In this document: positions 48,732 to 62,136 of the stretch, one piece after another
Layout of the letters: every line of letters begins with the position of its first letter
How positions within the stretch are numbered: position 1 is the first letter of the stretch
Source: Tubulanus polymorphus
Taxonomy: Eukaryota > Animalia > Nemertea
Assembly (NCBI RefSeq): GCF_964204645.1
Contig: NC_134032.1
Span: 2,042,416 to 2,106,415, forward strand
Direction of reading: 5' to 3'
Length of the DNA: 64,000 bases
The notes under the pieces: model-generated
The model's database searches: none
What the model saw: only the letters and a program-made list of their open reading frames with translations
What the model was told of the DNA's origin: nothing
Made by a program: the position numbers and the translations under genes

Positions 48732-51577
48732 TAAATCTAAGTTAGGATTAGTTCAATGAGATCAGTTTGAGTTAAATCTTAACTCTAAAACTGTGGAACT
48801 GGGTCCGGAGGTCACCCGAGACAAAAACTATACAAACAATATTGAAATCAGTGCACTGATTGTTCGCATATCAAAACAGTAACTGGTAAATGTCTGAAGG
48901 GGCGGTTCCTAAAGATTGACACCTGCACTACAGCGGACCCTCGTTATTGCTAACTGTATCGGTTTGACTATTTCAGATGGCTAAATAAACACTTCACTTA
49001 CCTATAAGAATACTATACCATACAATGTCAGCTGTATCGGTATTTGGCACCCAGCACCAACGAAGTCCTTATACAGCACCAGCAGATGAGCAAAGCGTCG
49101 TTACAGCATCTAAACTCCGCAGGGCGGCTCTTAGAAAACGCAACAGATGTCATTTTTCTCGGATATATTTATCACCAAAGATTATGAACTGATAGAAACT
49201 CTTATTCACCGGGTCAAAAATCAGCTTCTCCATTTCAATGTATTGTACTGGTTTACTAGTTTTATACATATTTTGACTGAGCCAGAATTGTTTGAATAAA
49301 AAGAGACTCGTAATTTACACTTGTCGCAGATTTGACTAAAATGACAAACGTAAAAAAACAGGACAAAATGTTTTTTCTACATGAATTTTATTCCAAATCG
49401 TACAAAGTTTATTCACATGTGAAAGCGGTTTCAGCGACAGAATCATTTTTGATGAGGCTCTGCTTGCTACAGTTGCTGACATCGCCACTGATCAGCCAGA
49501 TCCCAGTTACAGGAACGATATCTCAACTTTTGAATCAACCTCTACAATAATTCATTTCACAGGAGGGAAAGTAGTGGCAAGAGCTTGAGGATTTGTGAAC
49601 GAGGTTGATATCTGGCTGGCCGCAAAGAGCGATGATCGTCTCAGTAGAAGTCGGTTTCTAACCTGAATCCGTCTGCGGGCCGGAGCGCCGTCCTGTGCCC
49701 ACCGAGCTAACCTCCTGAGTCTCCTGAGAAAACTATACGACAAGTGTAAATGAGCGACATCTGTTGCGTTTTTTAGAACCACTCTTCGTTGTAGCCACAA
49801 TCTCCGAACCCGGAACTGACATTTCCATAACATTATTACAATAACAAGCCATCGAAAGAAATAGTCAAACCCGAAATTCGTGCGACCATAAAGAAAAACT
49901 TTGGTTATACCCGGATAATCGTCCTTGACTGACTATTTCATTTAAAATTCACGGCAAGATTTAAAATACCAAACCAAACTTGAGTCCATGATTCAGCACA
50001 AAATTGGCATCAATTATGCACAAATTCGACAAACTTCACTTAGTTTGACTTCTCTCAGGCGCTGTATAAATGTCTCGGACGATTGAACGGTTTACGAGTC
50101 ATATTTGATAATCCAGTTTTATGGTATAAATCCAAAGTTTTGCTTTTTCCGATAAACTATATTCAACATTAGAACCCCTCCTCTTAACTCGAATCATTTT
50201 TTAAGTTGAATTATCATTTCAAATTTGAACTCAAAAATTTTAGAACCAGCGCAACAGTAGAAGAGAATATTAATTGAACGTTTCCAAAATGAATTATCAC
50301 TTTATCCCAAATGTGAATCACTGGGACCAGTTTCACAAAAAAAGATTAACTCAAATTTTTTGGTGTAATTGCCATTGGTTACTTCATGTTTTCAATGAGG
50401 ACAACAATTCAAACTGAACCGTTTTTGGCTTAAGCTTTTTAAATCGATTCGAGTTGAGAGTCGAGTTGAAAGCATGTGTTAGGAGTTTACCCCGCAACGA
50501 GGGTCCATCTGTTTAAATAAGCTTCAAACCGACATAACCTAAGTTTCCTGAGAAAAGAGTTAAACTGTCTACTCACCGATTAACGAGCGGAGTTTCATGG
50601 TCTAATCCGATTAGTTAGTCTATTCCGTTGAAAATACTACGGCACTAAGATCGCTGAGAGTCATCCATCGGGTCAGGTTGGTTTAGTCTACACGCATTGA
50701 CAGCTATCAGGTCCTGGGGTAGCGAGTAAGGTCTGTAAGTCCACTTAGTATTAGCTGGTGGTATATATAGTCAAACACGGTCCCGAGAAAGTGATGGTGT
50801 GAAGTCCATTATATATTTACTGGTTTAGTCAACGCGCATTGAGAGCTATCAGGTCCTGTGAAAGTGATGGAGGTCCGAAAGTCCATTTTGTATTTGCTGG
50901 TTTAGTTAAGACGCATTGAGAGCTATCAGGTCTTGAAGAAGAACATATCTAAAGAAAAAGAATACGTAATACTTTTAATGTGACTCAATACATGAACACC
51001 GCAGGTCTGTGTTACATCCAGTATTAAACAAGATCAAATCTACTCACCACCGATTTCAACATGGTTAATTTCAAATGTCTCTCGTCGACAGTGATGGTTC
51101 GGTCTGCCTTGGCAGCAAACAAATCCGAGTTTCCCAAAAGTGTGATATTTGCGTCTATAAGATCCAAGAAACTCAGCTTTTTACAACAAATATGTATATT
51201 ATAATTGATGAAACTGGCCTAATATAATTTCAACTTACGAGTAAAGGATAAATCTTACTAAACCTACAGCGACTAACAGCGCCCATGTCCACTAACCACC
51301 ACAGTCTAACCAGATATCAGGAGACATAATCGGGTTTAGTACATTTCGTATACGTGGTCATAACCCGTAACAATAATCGTCTCTCTGTGAATGAAACTCG
51401 ATAAACACGTGATCCCAATTGAAAACGTTTGGCACGAATGAATGCATGGTTCTCGGCGATTAGCGTCACCGACTCGGGTCTACGCCGCAGGAATGTGCGA
51501 TGATCCATTTCGCAACGTCGCTAATTTGAGTCAGTGAATCGATTATCTACTGTGTACGAAGGCGTCCTACTCTCTTG

Positions 51578-51719
51578 GGGCCGGTTGCATAGTCGAGACT
51601 TTAAGTTCAAAAGTGGTATCAAATCTAAAGACTGGTCTTAAGCTGTTATTATATTAGCTATAGAACTTATATATTCTTAGACTGGACTTAAGTCTAAGCC
51701 ACGACTATGGAACCGGCCC
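51578..51719. mobile_element. Short PIF/Harbinger-like MITE
   Basis: GGGCCGGTTGCATAGTCG ... CGACTATGGAACCGGCCC termini. Confidence 0.65.
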
Positions 51720-52206
51720 CTGGCGAGATCATTTACGATAAAAAAACTCACTATTACTATTACCATTGCTAAGATGTAAATCCCACCATCACAGAGCCAT
51801 AGGTGATATTGACCAGAAATGGACAGAGATAAAAGTTTATTATCGGGATTGAAACCAAGGTTACCTCTCTGGTCAATGTCGCTTAATCTTGTGTGCAATA
51901 GTGTCAGGTCTGGAGTATCCAGACTCCCCATTGGGTGGGTGCGAATTAAGATATGGCGGAACTTATATGACGACGGAGCAAGTGCTACGGATGCGAAGGA
52001 TCCTATCTCCAGAAAACCGGATGTGTTTTAGAGGCATTTGCAGCGAATGTTTGTTCATATGAACAAGTCGCCGAGAAATAATTCGTAATCTAATGAATTT
52101 TCTTTGACAAAATTAGTGGAACTCAGGATCTTGTGGGGAGGTGTGTTCGCACCCAACGCAACCCCTTTGGCTACGGGCCAGTAATTATGAAGATGATGAT
52201 TAATCT

Positions 52207-53258
52207 TATTCATGAAGATGACTATTAGGATATAGTGGAAACGTTGAATAAACTACACTAGCTCAAGGAAACATTTCAGACTCTTTTTATTCTTAGTGTA
52301 CAGGGATTTTATATTATCTTTACAACACGGACTCAGAGTGTTTCATCAATGGTTATAATGAGGACAACATCAGTATTCCTGAAGATGACTATTAGGATAT
52401 AGTCGAAACGTTGAATAAACTACACTAGCTCAAGGAAACATTTCAGACTATTCTTAGTGTGCAGGGATTTTATATTATCTTTACAACACGGACTCAGAGT
52501 GTTTCATCAATGGTTATAATGAGGACAAAATTAGTATTCCCGAAGATGACTAATAGGATATAGTCGAAACGTTGAATAAACTACACTAGCTCAAGGAATA
52601 CAGTATTCCTGAAGATGACTATTAGGATAAAGTCGAAACGTTGAATAAACTACACTAGCTCAAGGAAACATTTCAGACTCTTTTTATTCTTAGTGTGCAG
52701 GGATTTTATATTATCTTTACAACCGAGACTCAGAGTGTTTCATCAATGGTTATAATGAGGACAACATCAGTATTCCTGAAGATGACTATTAGGATATAGT
52801 GGAAACGTTGAATAAACTACACTAGCTCAAGGAAACATTTCAGACTCTTTTTATTCTTAGTGTGCAGGGATTTTATATTATCTTTACAACACGGACTCAG
52901 AGTGTTTCATCAATGGTTATAATGAGGACAACATCAGTATTCCTGAAGATGACTATTAGGATATAGTCGAATCGTTGAATAAACTACACTAGCTCAAGGA
53001 AACATTTCAGACTCTTTTTATTCTTAGTGTGCAGGGATTTTATATTATCTTTACAACACGGACTCAAGAGTGTTTCATCAATGGTTATAATGAGGACAAC
53101 ATCAGTATTCCTGAAGATCACTATTAGGATATAGTCGAAACGTTGAATAAACGACACTAGCTCAAGGAAACATTTCAGACTCTTTTTTATTCTTAGTGTG
53201 CAGGGATTTTATATTATCTTTACAACCGAGACTCAAGAGTGTTTCATCAATGGTTATA
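52207..53258 (+). repeat. Tandem array of ~167-bp units (one 69-bp short unit), each carrying a minimal hammerhead-ribozyme motif; retrozyme-like
   Basis: Motif starts at 52207, 52374, 52535, 52604, 52771, 52938, 53106. Confidence 0.9.
52374..52417 (+). ncRNA. Minimal type I hammerhead ribozyme motif (best-conserved + strand copy)
   Basis: TATTC-CTGAAGA-T-GACTAT[TAGGAT]ATAGTC-GAAAC-GTT|GAATA: stem I TATTC/GAATA, core CUGANGA, 6-bp stem II, GAAA, palindromic AACGTT in place of stem III. Confidence 0.7.
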
Positions 53259-55069
53259 CTGTCCGACTTACGCCAGGTCTTCTGTATAATATACGGCAGA
53301 ACTGACGTAAGTCGGACAACTCAAAGTCGGAATAGAGTATTGACCCCGTATAAATCAGTTGTTGCAGTACCGTCAACATTCAAATTGTTAGAAAAACCGA
53401 CAGAAAAACTTACCAACATTAATGACTTCTCCAAGAGGATTTAGTTAAAAATGCTGATCACGTGTGTGTATGGATTACGGACTTGAAACAAATATGATAC
53501 TTTGGATTTGATAAACTCTTGAATTCTTATCGATTTATCAGTGTAAAGTTTGTTTCATAGATTTACGTTCTATGTTTTCTCTGGATTATAAGTGTCCTTT
53601 TTAGAATTCTGGTGAGGATTAAATCACTTTTTTCTGGCTGTGTCTTAGTCCGTAGCTAACTCTGATTTTTCTTAGAAAACCCCCGAAATCCGACTTACCC
53701 CATAATCGAAATTTTTCCAAGTCGGAAATTTTCCCGTAGGCCCAACCTATCCGACATACGACAGTTCTACTGTACTGAGGTTGTTACTTCGCAAGTGGCC
53801 TTTGACATTGCTACTTTATTCGAGAAATGCATTTTCCATTATTGTATTCCTAACCTTTCTAGATTCGCCCACGATTGTCTTCTCATAATTTTGGAAACGA
53901 AATGGATTTCCCTAACCAAGCGTGGCCGGTTCGGTGTCTCTTATGAATTTAGGCCGGTGAAGATTTCGTCTTGAGTGTATTGTGAGCGTTTTATTTCCCG
54001 ACGTTGTAATAGTGAATGACAAAGCATCCTTCGTTTTTCAACGCCACTGAACTTTTTTATTACTTGAATTCCTTTGAATTCTGTGTGCAGTTAACAACAT
54101 TAAGATACTTCACAAGGAGGTGAAAAATTACACCAAAAAAACAAGCCAAATATAAGTAAGCCGCCAGTACAATATAATACCAGACATCGCCTAGTATTAG
54201 CAGATAGTCACTGATCAACAACATTTGATAATACATGTAATATATCGCAAGAGATGCCCGCTAGATCGTACGGTAGATAATAACCAAATTTGCCAACCTC
54301 TAAAACTGCCATCAGTAACGAATTGAATTTTTTTTCAGTAACATCTCTTTGCAATATGAAAGAAAATATTCAAATTGATAAATATCAACAGTAAGACCCC
54401 CAGTAACATCTTTCATATTTCTGTACGCATCATCTGTTAGTAATGTAGTAACAAATACTGAAAATCAAGAACAGTTGGCAGCTATATGTAAGAGAAGTTA
54501 AGTATTAACAATAGAGTTAGATTATCTACTACGATCTGAATAACCGATTCTTAAGTAGAATGTTTGGTGTTTAAAGTCCATCTGAAACTGAACATGTCTC
54601 AGATGAAAATATCAAACATGTGAAGTGGGCATAATCAGTTATTTCAAGTGTGCTGAGAAAGTGTGTAGAGTTAACTTAAAATAAAAAATGTCAAATTTGT
54701 TTTTGGAAGGTGTAATTTATGGCTGGTGTTCGTAGTTCATTTACAATAAAAAATGTCCAAATACTGAACGATAAATTTCTGAGATTTTTCTTGACCAGAT
54801 GTTTAAGATCTAAAGCTTTGCAAAATGTGCAACGAGGCAACACTAATATCTTGCACAGATTAATGGACCTTCTGTATAAGATACAGCAGAAACTCGTTAC
54901 AACGAACTCGGATACAAAGATTCATCGGATATAACAAACATAGAATTTTGTACCAAGTAAGAAAATTCGATTAATTTCATACTGGATATATAGAACTATC
55001 GGCTACAACAAACAGATTTCCTTGTCCAGTGAAAATCGCTGTAACGACGTCCTACCGCAAATCGTTAAT

Positions 55070-58000
55070 CTAGGTTTTAACAATCGGTTTCCTTCGTTCA
55101 TTTCGTGCTCTGACCGATTTCATATCGATAGTCAGAATAGTGTAAAGTAACGGGTTTAAAGTAGAGTTTATCGGTAAGAAGAGAACGGCCAGCCAAGCGG
55201 CGACCTGGTTCGGTATTTCGACCGAAAAAACGACACAAACCTGGACGGTTATCAACGGCAGCCAACAGAAAACATTACACAGATTGATGACCAAGCTACG
55301 TCGGGCTAGAACCAGTTCTGTGGGATCGGCTCTTCCCGAGCCAGACCTGCTTCCGGATACGTGTCTGTACATCTGCGCGTAGGTGATCATTATCATAGCA
55401 AGGACCATCGTATTATAAACAACGAATATACCAAAGGAATATTGCCAACCATTGACGTTCATAGAAAGTAAGTTCATTGGTAGACACACGCCTGTGTTAC
55501 CGTAAAAGTAGTCACCGAAAAATGAGACTTTGGACAGTGGCAGAAAAGCGGCTAGACTTGGAAGCAACCAACATAAGCACGAAACTATAGTCAACCATTT
55601 TGAGGATAGAAATGGACTGCCAGAAAATGGATCGATGATTTTTAGGTATCTGAAACGCGTCAGTAGAAGAAGATACGTCAACGAGCCTTCACTTGATATC
55701 GTTACCACGACCCCTGCCACACTGCATAAGACACTTCGTGTCCAAAATTCCGAATGCAAATAATAATCTCCTTTATAAAAGTAATCGGCTCCCGCGATCA
55801 AAAACAAGTAAACTGCCATCAGAAAATCGCAAGCCGCAATATTGATGATGAATATATCTGAATATTTGCTTTGCGTTTCTGACGAATTTCGAATGAAATT
55901 GACACGAAAAAATATGACAATACTGTTCACGAACAAACTGAAAAAAGCAATGACCCAGATGATAGCTCTCAGCACAGTATTCTCCATGAGGTCCGAGCAC
56001 GATGAAAATTGATCGGGAGCCGGGAGACACCGGCCAATATTCGGTGCCATACAACAGAATTTGTACGCGTCAGAAGCGAGAGAATGTAACGATGTCAAAT
56101 TGTCCAAGATGTTAGCTTCGACTGAAATGATCTGAGAGTTGTTGGTTAAATCTAAAATCTCCAGTGAACCTAGCCTAGAGAATGCGTATCGGGATATCGA
56201 ATCGATTGTATTGTCGCTAAGATTCAAAACTACCAACGCGGTTAGACCTCGAAATACGTTCGGACCAAGAATCGATATGGAGAGACCGTTAAGATTAAGA
56301 ACGGGAAGCGACCCCAAACCGACGAAAGTACCGTCGAATAAGAATCGTAGCGGATTTCCAGCGAGAAAAAGCTCTTTCAGACTCGTTAAACCAGCGAATG
56401 TATTGGCAAATAACGAAACAAGGCGATTATAGGAGAGATCTAATGTATAAAGATTGTGAAGTTGAGAAAATGCATTAGATACGATACTAGATAAATCGTT
56501 ACGTGATATGTTGAGAATACGAAGATATAAGAAATTGTTGAACGTCAACGTGTTAATAAGTATTCGGTTATTCGACAGAATTAAAGCTCGTGTAAGAACA
56601 GGAAAGAATCCAGATATATCCGACAAACTACCATTTTCACAATTTATAAAATGACCTTGACATTTACAGGAGCCGGGGCAGGTGACGTTACAGAAGGACT
56701 CGTCATCCGAGTTATATTTACAATTTACGACACCATCACAAACTTCAGATTGAGGAATACATCGATTTTCTTGACCGCATTTGAACATACCGGGGCAGAG
56801 GAAAGTCTCACAGTTTTGCTCGTCTTCTGAATTGGGACAATCCGAATGACCATCGCACACCTGTCTGATCGGAATACAGTAAGATCCTGGACATTTTACA
56901 GTACCAACTGGACATTGGAATTCAGTACAACTCTGTATATGTTCAAGTCTTCTACAAATGGGAAAACCCGTCGCCATCCGTTCTAGAATACATCTATGGC
57001 GTCTTGAATAACAATAAGGAGAATCAAAAGAACATCTCTGTTCATCCGCTTCGTTACATAAATTAGTGAATTCCGTCTTGCAATTAGAGTTACTGTCACA
57101 ATCAATCGGTGGGCTAACAGTTATATTGGTTACTATCTCATCTTCTTCGAGGTCCCCGCCACAATCTACAACACCATCCCGATACAACTGAGAGCTGATA
57201 CAATTACCATTAACACACAAAAACCCGTTACATTCGTTCGAAGAACAGCCGATCTCATCGGATTTGTCTTTACAATCATTAAGTCCATCACATCTTTTTT
57301 GTTTACCCACGCATTGTTTATTGTTACACTTAAACTGTTCAGATGAACATGGAGTATGATAGCACGAGTTCTCATCCGATCCGTCAGCGCAATCACGTAC
57401 GAAATCACACACATTACTGATCGATATTACTCGTCCGTCGGAACAGTGGAACTGATGCTGTAGGTTCGAACCAGAACAATCGAGTTCATCTTCACCGTGT
57501 TGACAGTCGCTCCTGGTATCACAAACGCGATGGTCGCTGATGCATCGTTGATCGTTACATTTGAACTGCCACGATTTACAACCGCTTATGGAAGCTATCT
57601 CGTCGTCAGTCACGTTATACGAACATAGCACAGAATGTTCTAGATCTGTGACATTATTGAAATAAGTTACCGACCATTCCACTTTTTTAATATATGTGAT
57701 ATCATCTCTGGTTACCACTGGTTTGACTGAGATTATTTCATTGCTATCCGCTTCTTTTGCCAGTATACCTCCGTATTGGTGCCGATAGTCGAACGACTCA
57801 ATCAAAACCTGAACGCCGGGTGTCACTTTTCCTATTTCACCGCCGATTGTACGACACATCTCCTCAGCTTCCCAGGTGAATAACTTTCGTTTATTCCAGG
57901 CCGTCAATATCTGATAGCAACGTCCTTCAACGCCAACCCACCCTTTTAGACACGTGGCATTGAATTTGTCAAACACGTTTTTTGTTTTTCCACTAGTGTC

Positions 58001-58310
58001 ATTTAATGCACCATGATCAGATACGTTCAGCGCCGGCGAGTTGTGGCTTCCATCTCGTTCACAAATAAACGTTGTATGTGCTTGCGTGACCTCGCACGGG
58101 AATCGAACCCAATTCGCCGACCCTCGAGGATTATTCAGTATCATAGCCGTACACGGTACATTGACGTCATTTATCGGTTGTTTCCGTAGCTGGGATATCA
58201 ATCCTTGGATAACGGCGGGTAGTGTTTTGTTAATTGCTGGTATATACCACTCTGTGTAGCTCAACGGTTTTCCGTCGACCCATGTATAATAGCTACCATT
58301 TACCTGCAAG

Positions 58311-58404
<94 letters not shown>

Positions 58405-61400
58405 ATATGAATATGAATATATATATGAATAAAGTTTATGAATATAAATATGTTAAAACAATGAAGGAATTTTGTTACATTCAAATGTCGTCGTTCTTTT
58501 CCTTACCTGCCATTTTAGCCCAATCAGTAAAACAAGCGCCGGTCGTGTATACGCTTTCAAAATCAATTTAGTAGCGAACAGGTGTTTTACAGCCATCATT
58601 TCATGTTCGGAGTTGATACTGAGAAGATGTGCTCCATATTTCTGTTGACAGTGCAATTCAGCGTTCTCCCAGTTTAGATGCTGACCCGTGATGTATCTAA
58701 TGCACGACACACCGGAATCGAGAAAACCCGCTGCGCAGTCATTATCTCGAAGCTTTCGCATAGTTGCCTTTTCTAAACTATATTGAATTCGAAATGTTGG
58801 TACATAACCCTTTACCGAAAATTGCAGTTCATACCCGAGTAGACTGTGCAATACAAATCCGGGTAAAGCGTTTCTTTCACATATCTTGGTCTCGTAGATG
58901 CTTTCAGCGATAATCTTAAGTCCACTACGAATTCGTACGTATTGCCTAAGCAATACACTATCTCTAATTACGTGGGTTTTAGACTCATTGCAGGAAGTTT
59001 GTCCTATCGATTTGATGACGAATCTGAGGTACGCGTTTGGACCGCGGTGGTCAAAATAATAATACCACGCCCTACATCCAGTGATGGGTGGTGTCCCAGG
59101 ATAGAGCACCGATTGCACAAGTCCGCACTTATGCCTTTGTATGGCATGGGGCGAAACATAAACACCCCTGTTAATTTTCACTCTTTCGCAGTGATGACGG
59201 ATGACAACTACTAAACCTTTACCAGACATCCCAGCCTTCATGAACGGATATACACCTGATAACTTAATGTGGCTACGTATGAGCCCATTATCTAGCAGTC
59301 TACTAGAATACTTCATTACAAGTCCACAAAAACCAATGAATTTCCCCGAACATCCGCCGAATTGGTATTTATACTTCGATAGTACGAATATGTTTTCTAT
59401 CGGAAGGCGTCGGTTTTCGGCCGTAATCGCGAGGCATCGGGACGACGCATTAATATGACGTTCCCCTTCCCTCAGGACATACCCGTCACAGTCAGTTGGA
59501 GCAAAGGCAATACTCCCGCTTCCCATATGACTTCCCCACTTGTAAGCGTAGCCGACCACAATAACCGGTCCCCCTGATGTGATCAGGTTTACCACCGAGC
59601 GACCGTAGTTGACCATTCCGTGATGGCAATACGGCCCGAAGCGGCGGGCTGTACTAAAATCATTACCATCGAATATATAAAATCCAGCTCGCTCGCACGC
59701 CTCTGATGCCACTTTGAACACTAAATCATCTTCAGAGATAACAACCTTCGAGGGAAAGGGGAATCTAGTGACGCGATATTTTAGCATTTTCTTCCCACTG
59801 GAATGGAACATATCCCCGAACGCCAGTCTTTCTATCCCAATTGCATATCTGTATACCTGAAATGAATCATATCAAAATCTGAAATGTACTTTCGCCCCGC
59901 ATTATATATAACCTCTGTACAGATAATAATTATATAACAATAACTTATTCAGGCTAAAATCCATATAAAATATGCTCATTGGCTTATAAACACCATATAA
60001 AAAAAAGCAAACACAAAACAGTGAAAACTAAAACTGGTTTAATCGAAAGCTTTGATGAACAAATGGGTCTTGAGTTTAGATTTAAAATCATCGATTGAAG
60101 GACTCGATTTAATTAGCCTGAATAAATTATTCAAGGGTACTGGGGCAGAGTACGCGAAGGCTCTCCGCCCGGCTGAGACGAGATTAACGCCATGTGGGGC
60201 AGATGAAAGTCCCGAATAGATAATTTACTTTATACATATATCCGAATAACAGAATTTCGAATTTCTCGAACGATAACAGAACCCCGGAGATAAAACAGCT
60301 GTAGACGATACTGCGGGTTCACCTTACATGATATCAACTGCTTATTCAATCTCAGATAATTCGTCGGCCACCGATTGCCTTATCGAAACCAAAAACGTCA
60401 GATAAAAGCTCATAAGTGTACAAGACAACTTATTTTTCATCTGTTTCAATGTTTTCCCGTTTTTTATCAATGATCGTACACGCACGGAAACATTACACCA
60501 TATCCCAACTTAAAGGGCGCAATATGCCAACAAAATTCAACTTTCCGTGAGTAGTTGAGAAAAATAAAATGGATGGCGACCCGAGATGGCACTGATCGAA
60601 CAAGGTATCTGTAATTAGCCAAAAATTAGTCATTAATTTATCTTTCATTTCGTGTACGTAGTTCACACACAGCCCGCAGTGGCGCTATTTACGTATGGCG
60701 TTTTCGTTTGCCTGCTGTATTCACAGAACCACGCAACTAACTAATATATTTTTATCATGTCAAAAAGTAAAAATCATGGTCAAATGATATTGTAATCGGG
60801 CAAATGATATTGTTATCGTAAGATATTCCGTTAAAAGTTAATCATTACCTTAACGAAATGGGATGGCCTAAGACGAACAAAAAAATATAGCTACTTCACG
60901 AACCTGTCGAGTTGCTACATCGATGTCTGTTATTTTCAATGATTCCACTTTGTAGTTTATAGATGAGTTAGAAGCCGTTCTGACAAAGCTATCTGATTTG
61001 AGTAGACACAACGTCACCAGAAATCCGTCAGACTCAACGCTTAATGATTCGAGGTAATTGTAACTTTGCAGGATATCAGATTTCACATTTGACGGCCCCT
61101 CGTGTTTATATACACCGATTACCTCGCTGGAATTTATCAAATTATGTGTCCAGCTAAAGACCACGTACTGCAACACTTCAGCAGTGATGGACCAGCAGTG
61201 CAAGTGTCTTGATTGAGTCATTACGTATAAACTCTTGTCATTTGGATTAAGCACTCCATAGCGATTAGTAAAGGTCTGAATCAAGGGATTCATAATGTTC
61301 CAACCCGATGCGTTATAGGTTTCCACAGTCAGCACACCAGTTATAAAGAACCAGGGGCCTTTCCTCGCAAAAACCATTCTGGCTTGATTATTTCTAGCGT

Positions 61401-62136
61401 AAACTATCCACGACGATTGTCCTCGTTGATCTCGTAACGCTAACAAAGCTTCACTCGAGTTTGTGCCATCGTAAACCCTAATCGCCTGAACCGAGCCCGG
61501 CTCGGTCATGTAATCGAGGCCAGCGATAGTCAGTTTCAATCCCATGCCGTCGGGTAGACCGGGCCATTCCAATTCCAGCTGACAGAACCTATTGGGTACA
61601 TCAATAAAGAATTGGTCGTGTCCCGTTTTATGAGATTGGAATTGAGATATAGAATAACCTCTACAACTGTGAGCATATTTTAGGCGAGTGCCGTCTTGAA
61701 GACGAAACGCTATAAAAACGTAACCACCTCGTTTGTTTGAGACACCTTTGTACAACACGGAGAACGAGTTAGTGCGCATCATGCTTACTTCTTTCGCTTT
61801 GCCGCATAATTTTCTATCAGATTCACTGATCATTAGATGGGGTCCTTTGCTGCACAACATGCTATCATAGATATCGTAGTAAGCTTGGATACGGATGAGA
61901 CCGGGCAATGACCTGTTGACGGTCCAACGGCATTCGACATCGCGAGTCAACGAAGGATAGTTCGGCGAAAAGAGAAAACCGGATCGCGAATCGACAAAGT
62001 GCCACGTGTTGTTACAGGACGCGCTGACGGTTACGTACGGGTCTTCGTTAGCGCTTTGAACAGTCGTTGGAGTCTGCGCTGCGACCTCTGCAGTAACGAA
62101 CAGGCTCGACAATAACGCTATGAGGTGACGTGTCAT
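55070..62136 (-). CDS. GRL101-type leucine-rich-repeat GPCR with CUB-like, C-type lectin and LDLa ectodomain, ~1938 aa, 3 exons
   Basis: Exons 62136-60904, 59856-58507 and 58303-55070, all phase 0 with GT/AG. Signal peptide; CUB ([15 protein letters not shown]) plus degenerate CUBs; C-type lectin split by intron 2 ([31 protein letters not shown]) and a second partial one; about 6 clear LDLa repeats (e.g. [13 protein letters not shown]); LRRNT, ~7 LRRs; hinge FCC...FSSCSDLM; 7TM with CWLP and NSTLNPLLY. Confidence 0.92.
58313..58430. repeat. (AT)n microsatellite in intron 2 of the GRL101-type gene
   Basis: AT run next to the acceptor at 58304-58305. Confidence 0.98.

Larger units (their letters stand above)
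38980..51300. repeat. Old inverted segmental duplication (arms about 38980-44190 and 48845-51300)
   Basis: Colinear reverse-complement matches: 39.0-39.2/51.15-51.3 kb, 39.7/50.7, 39.86-39.98/50.45-50.58, 41.25/50.23, 42.4-42.66/49.66-49.94, 43.7-44.19/48.85-49.42. Confidence 0.8.

Noticed and set aside
49206-49228. miR-36-like sequence TCACCGGGTCAAAAATCAGC
   Set aside because: No convincing precursor hairpin and not kept in the paralogous arm.
51677-51931. Minus-strand ORF with IDQRGNL..P resembling a transposase C-terminal motif
   Set aside because: Too short and degenerate to support a call.
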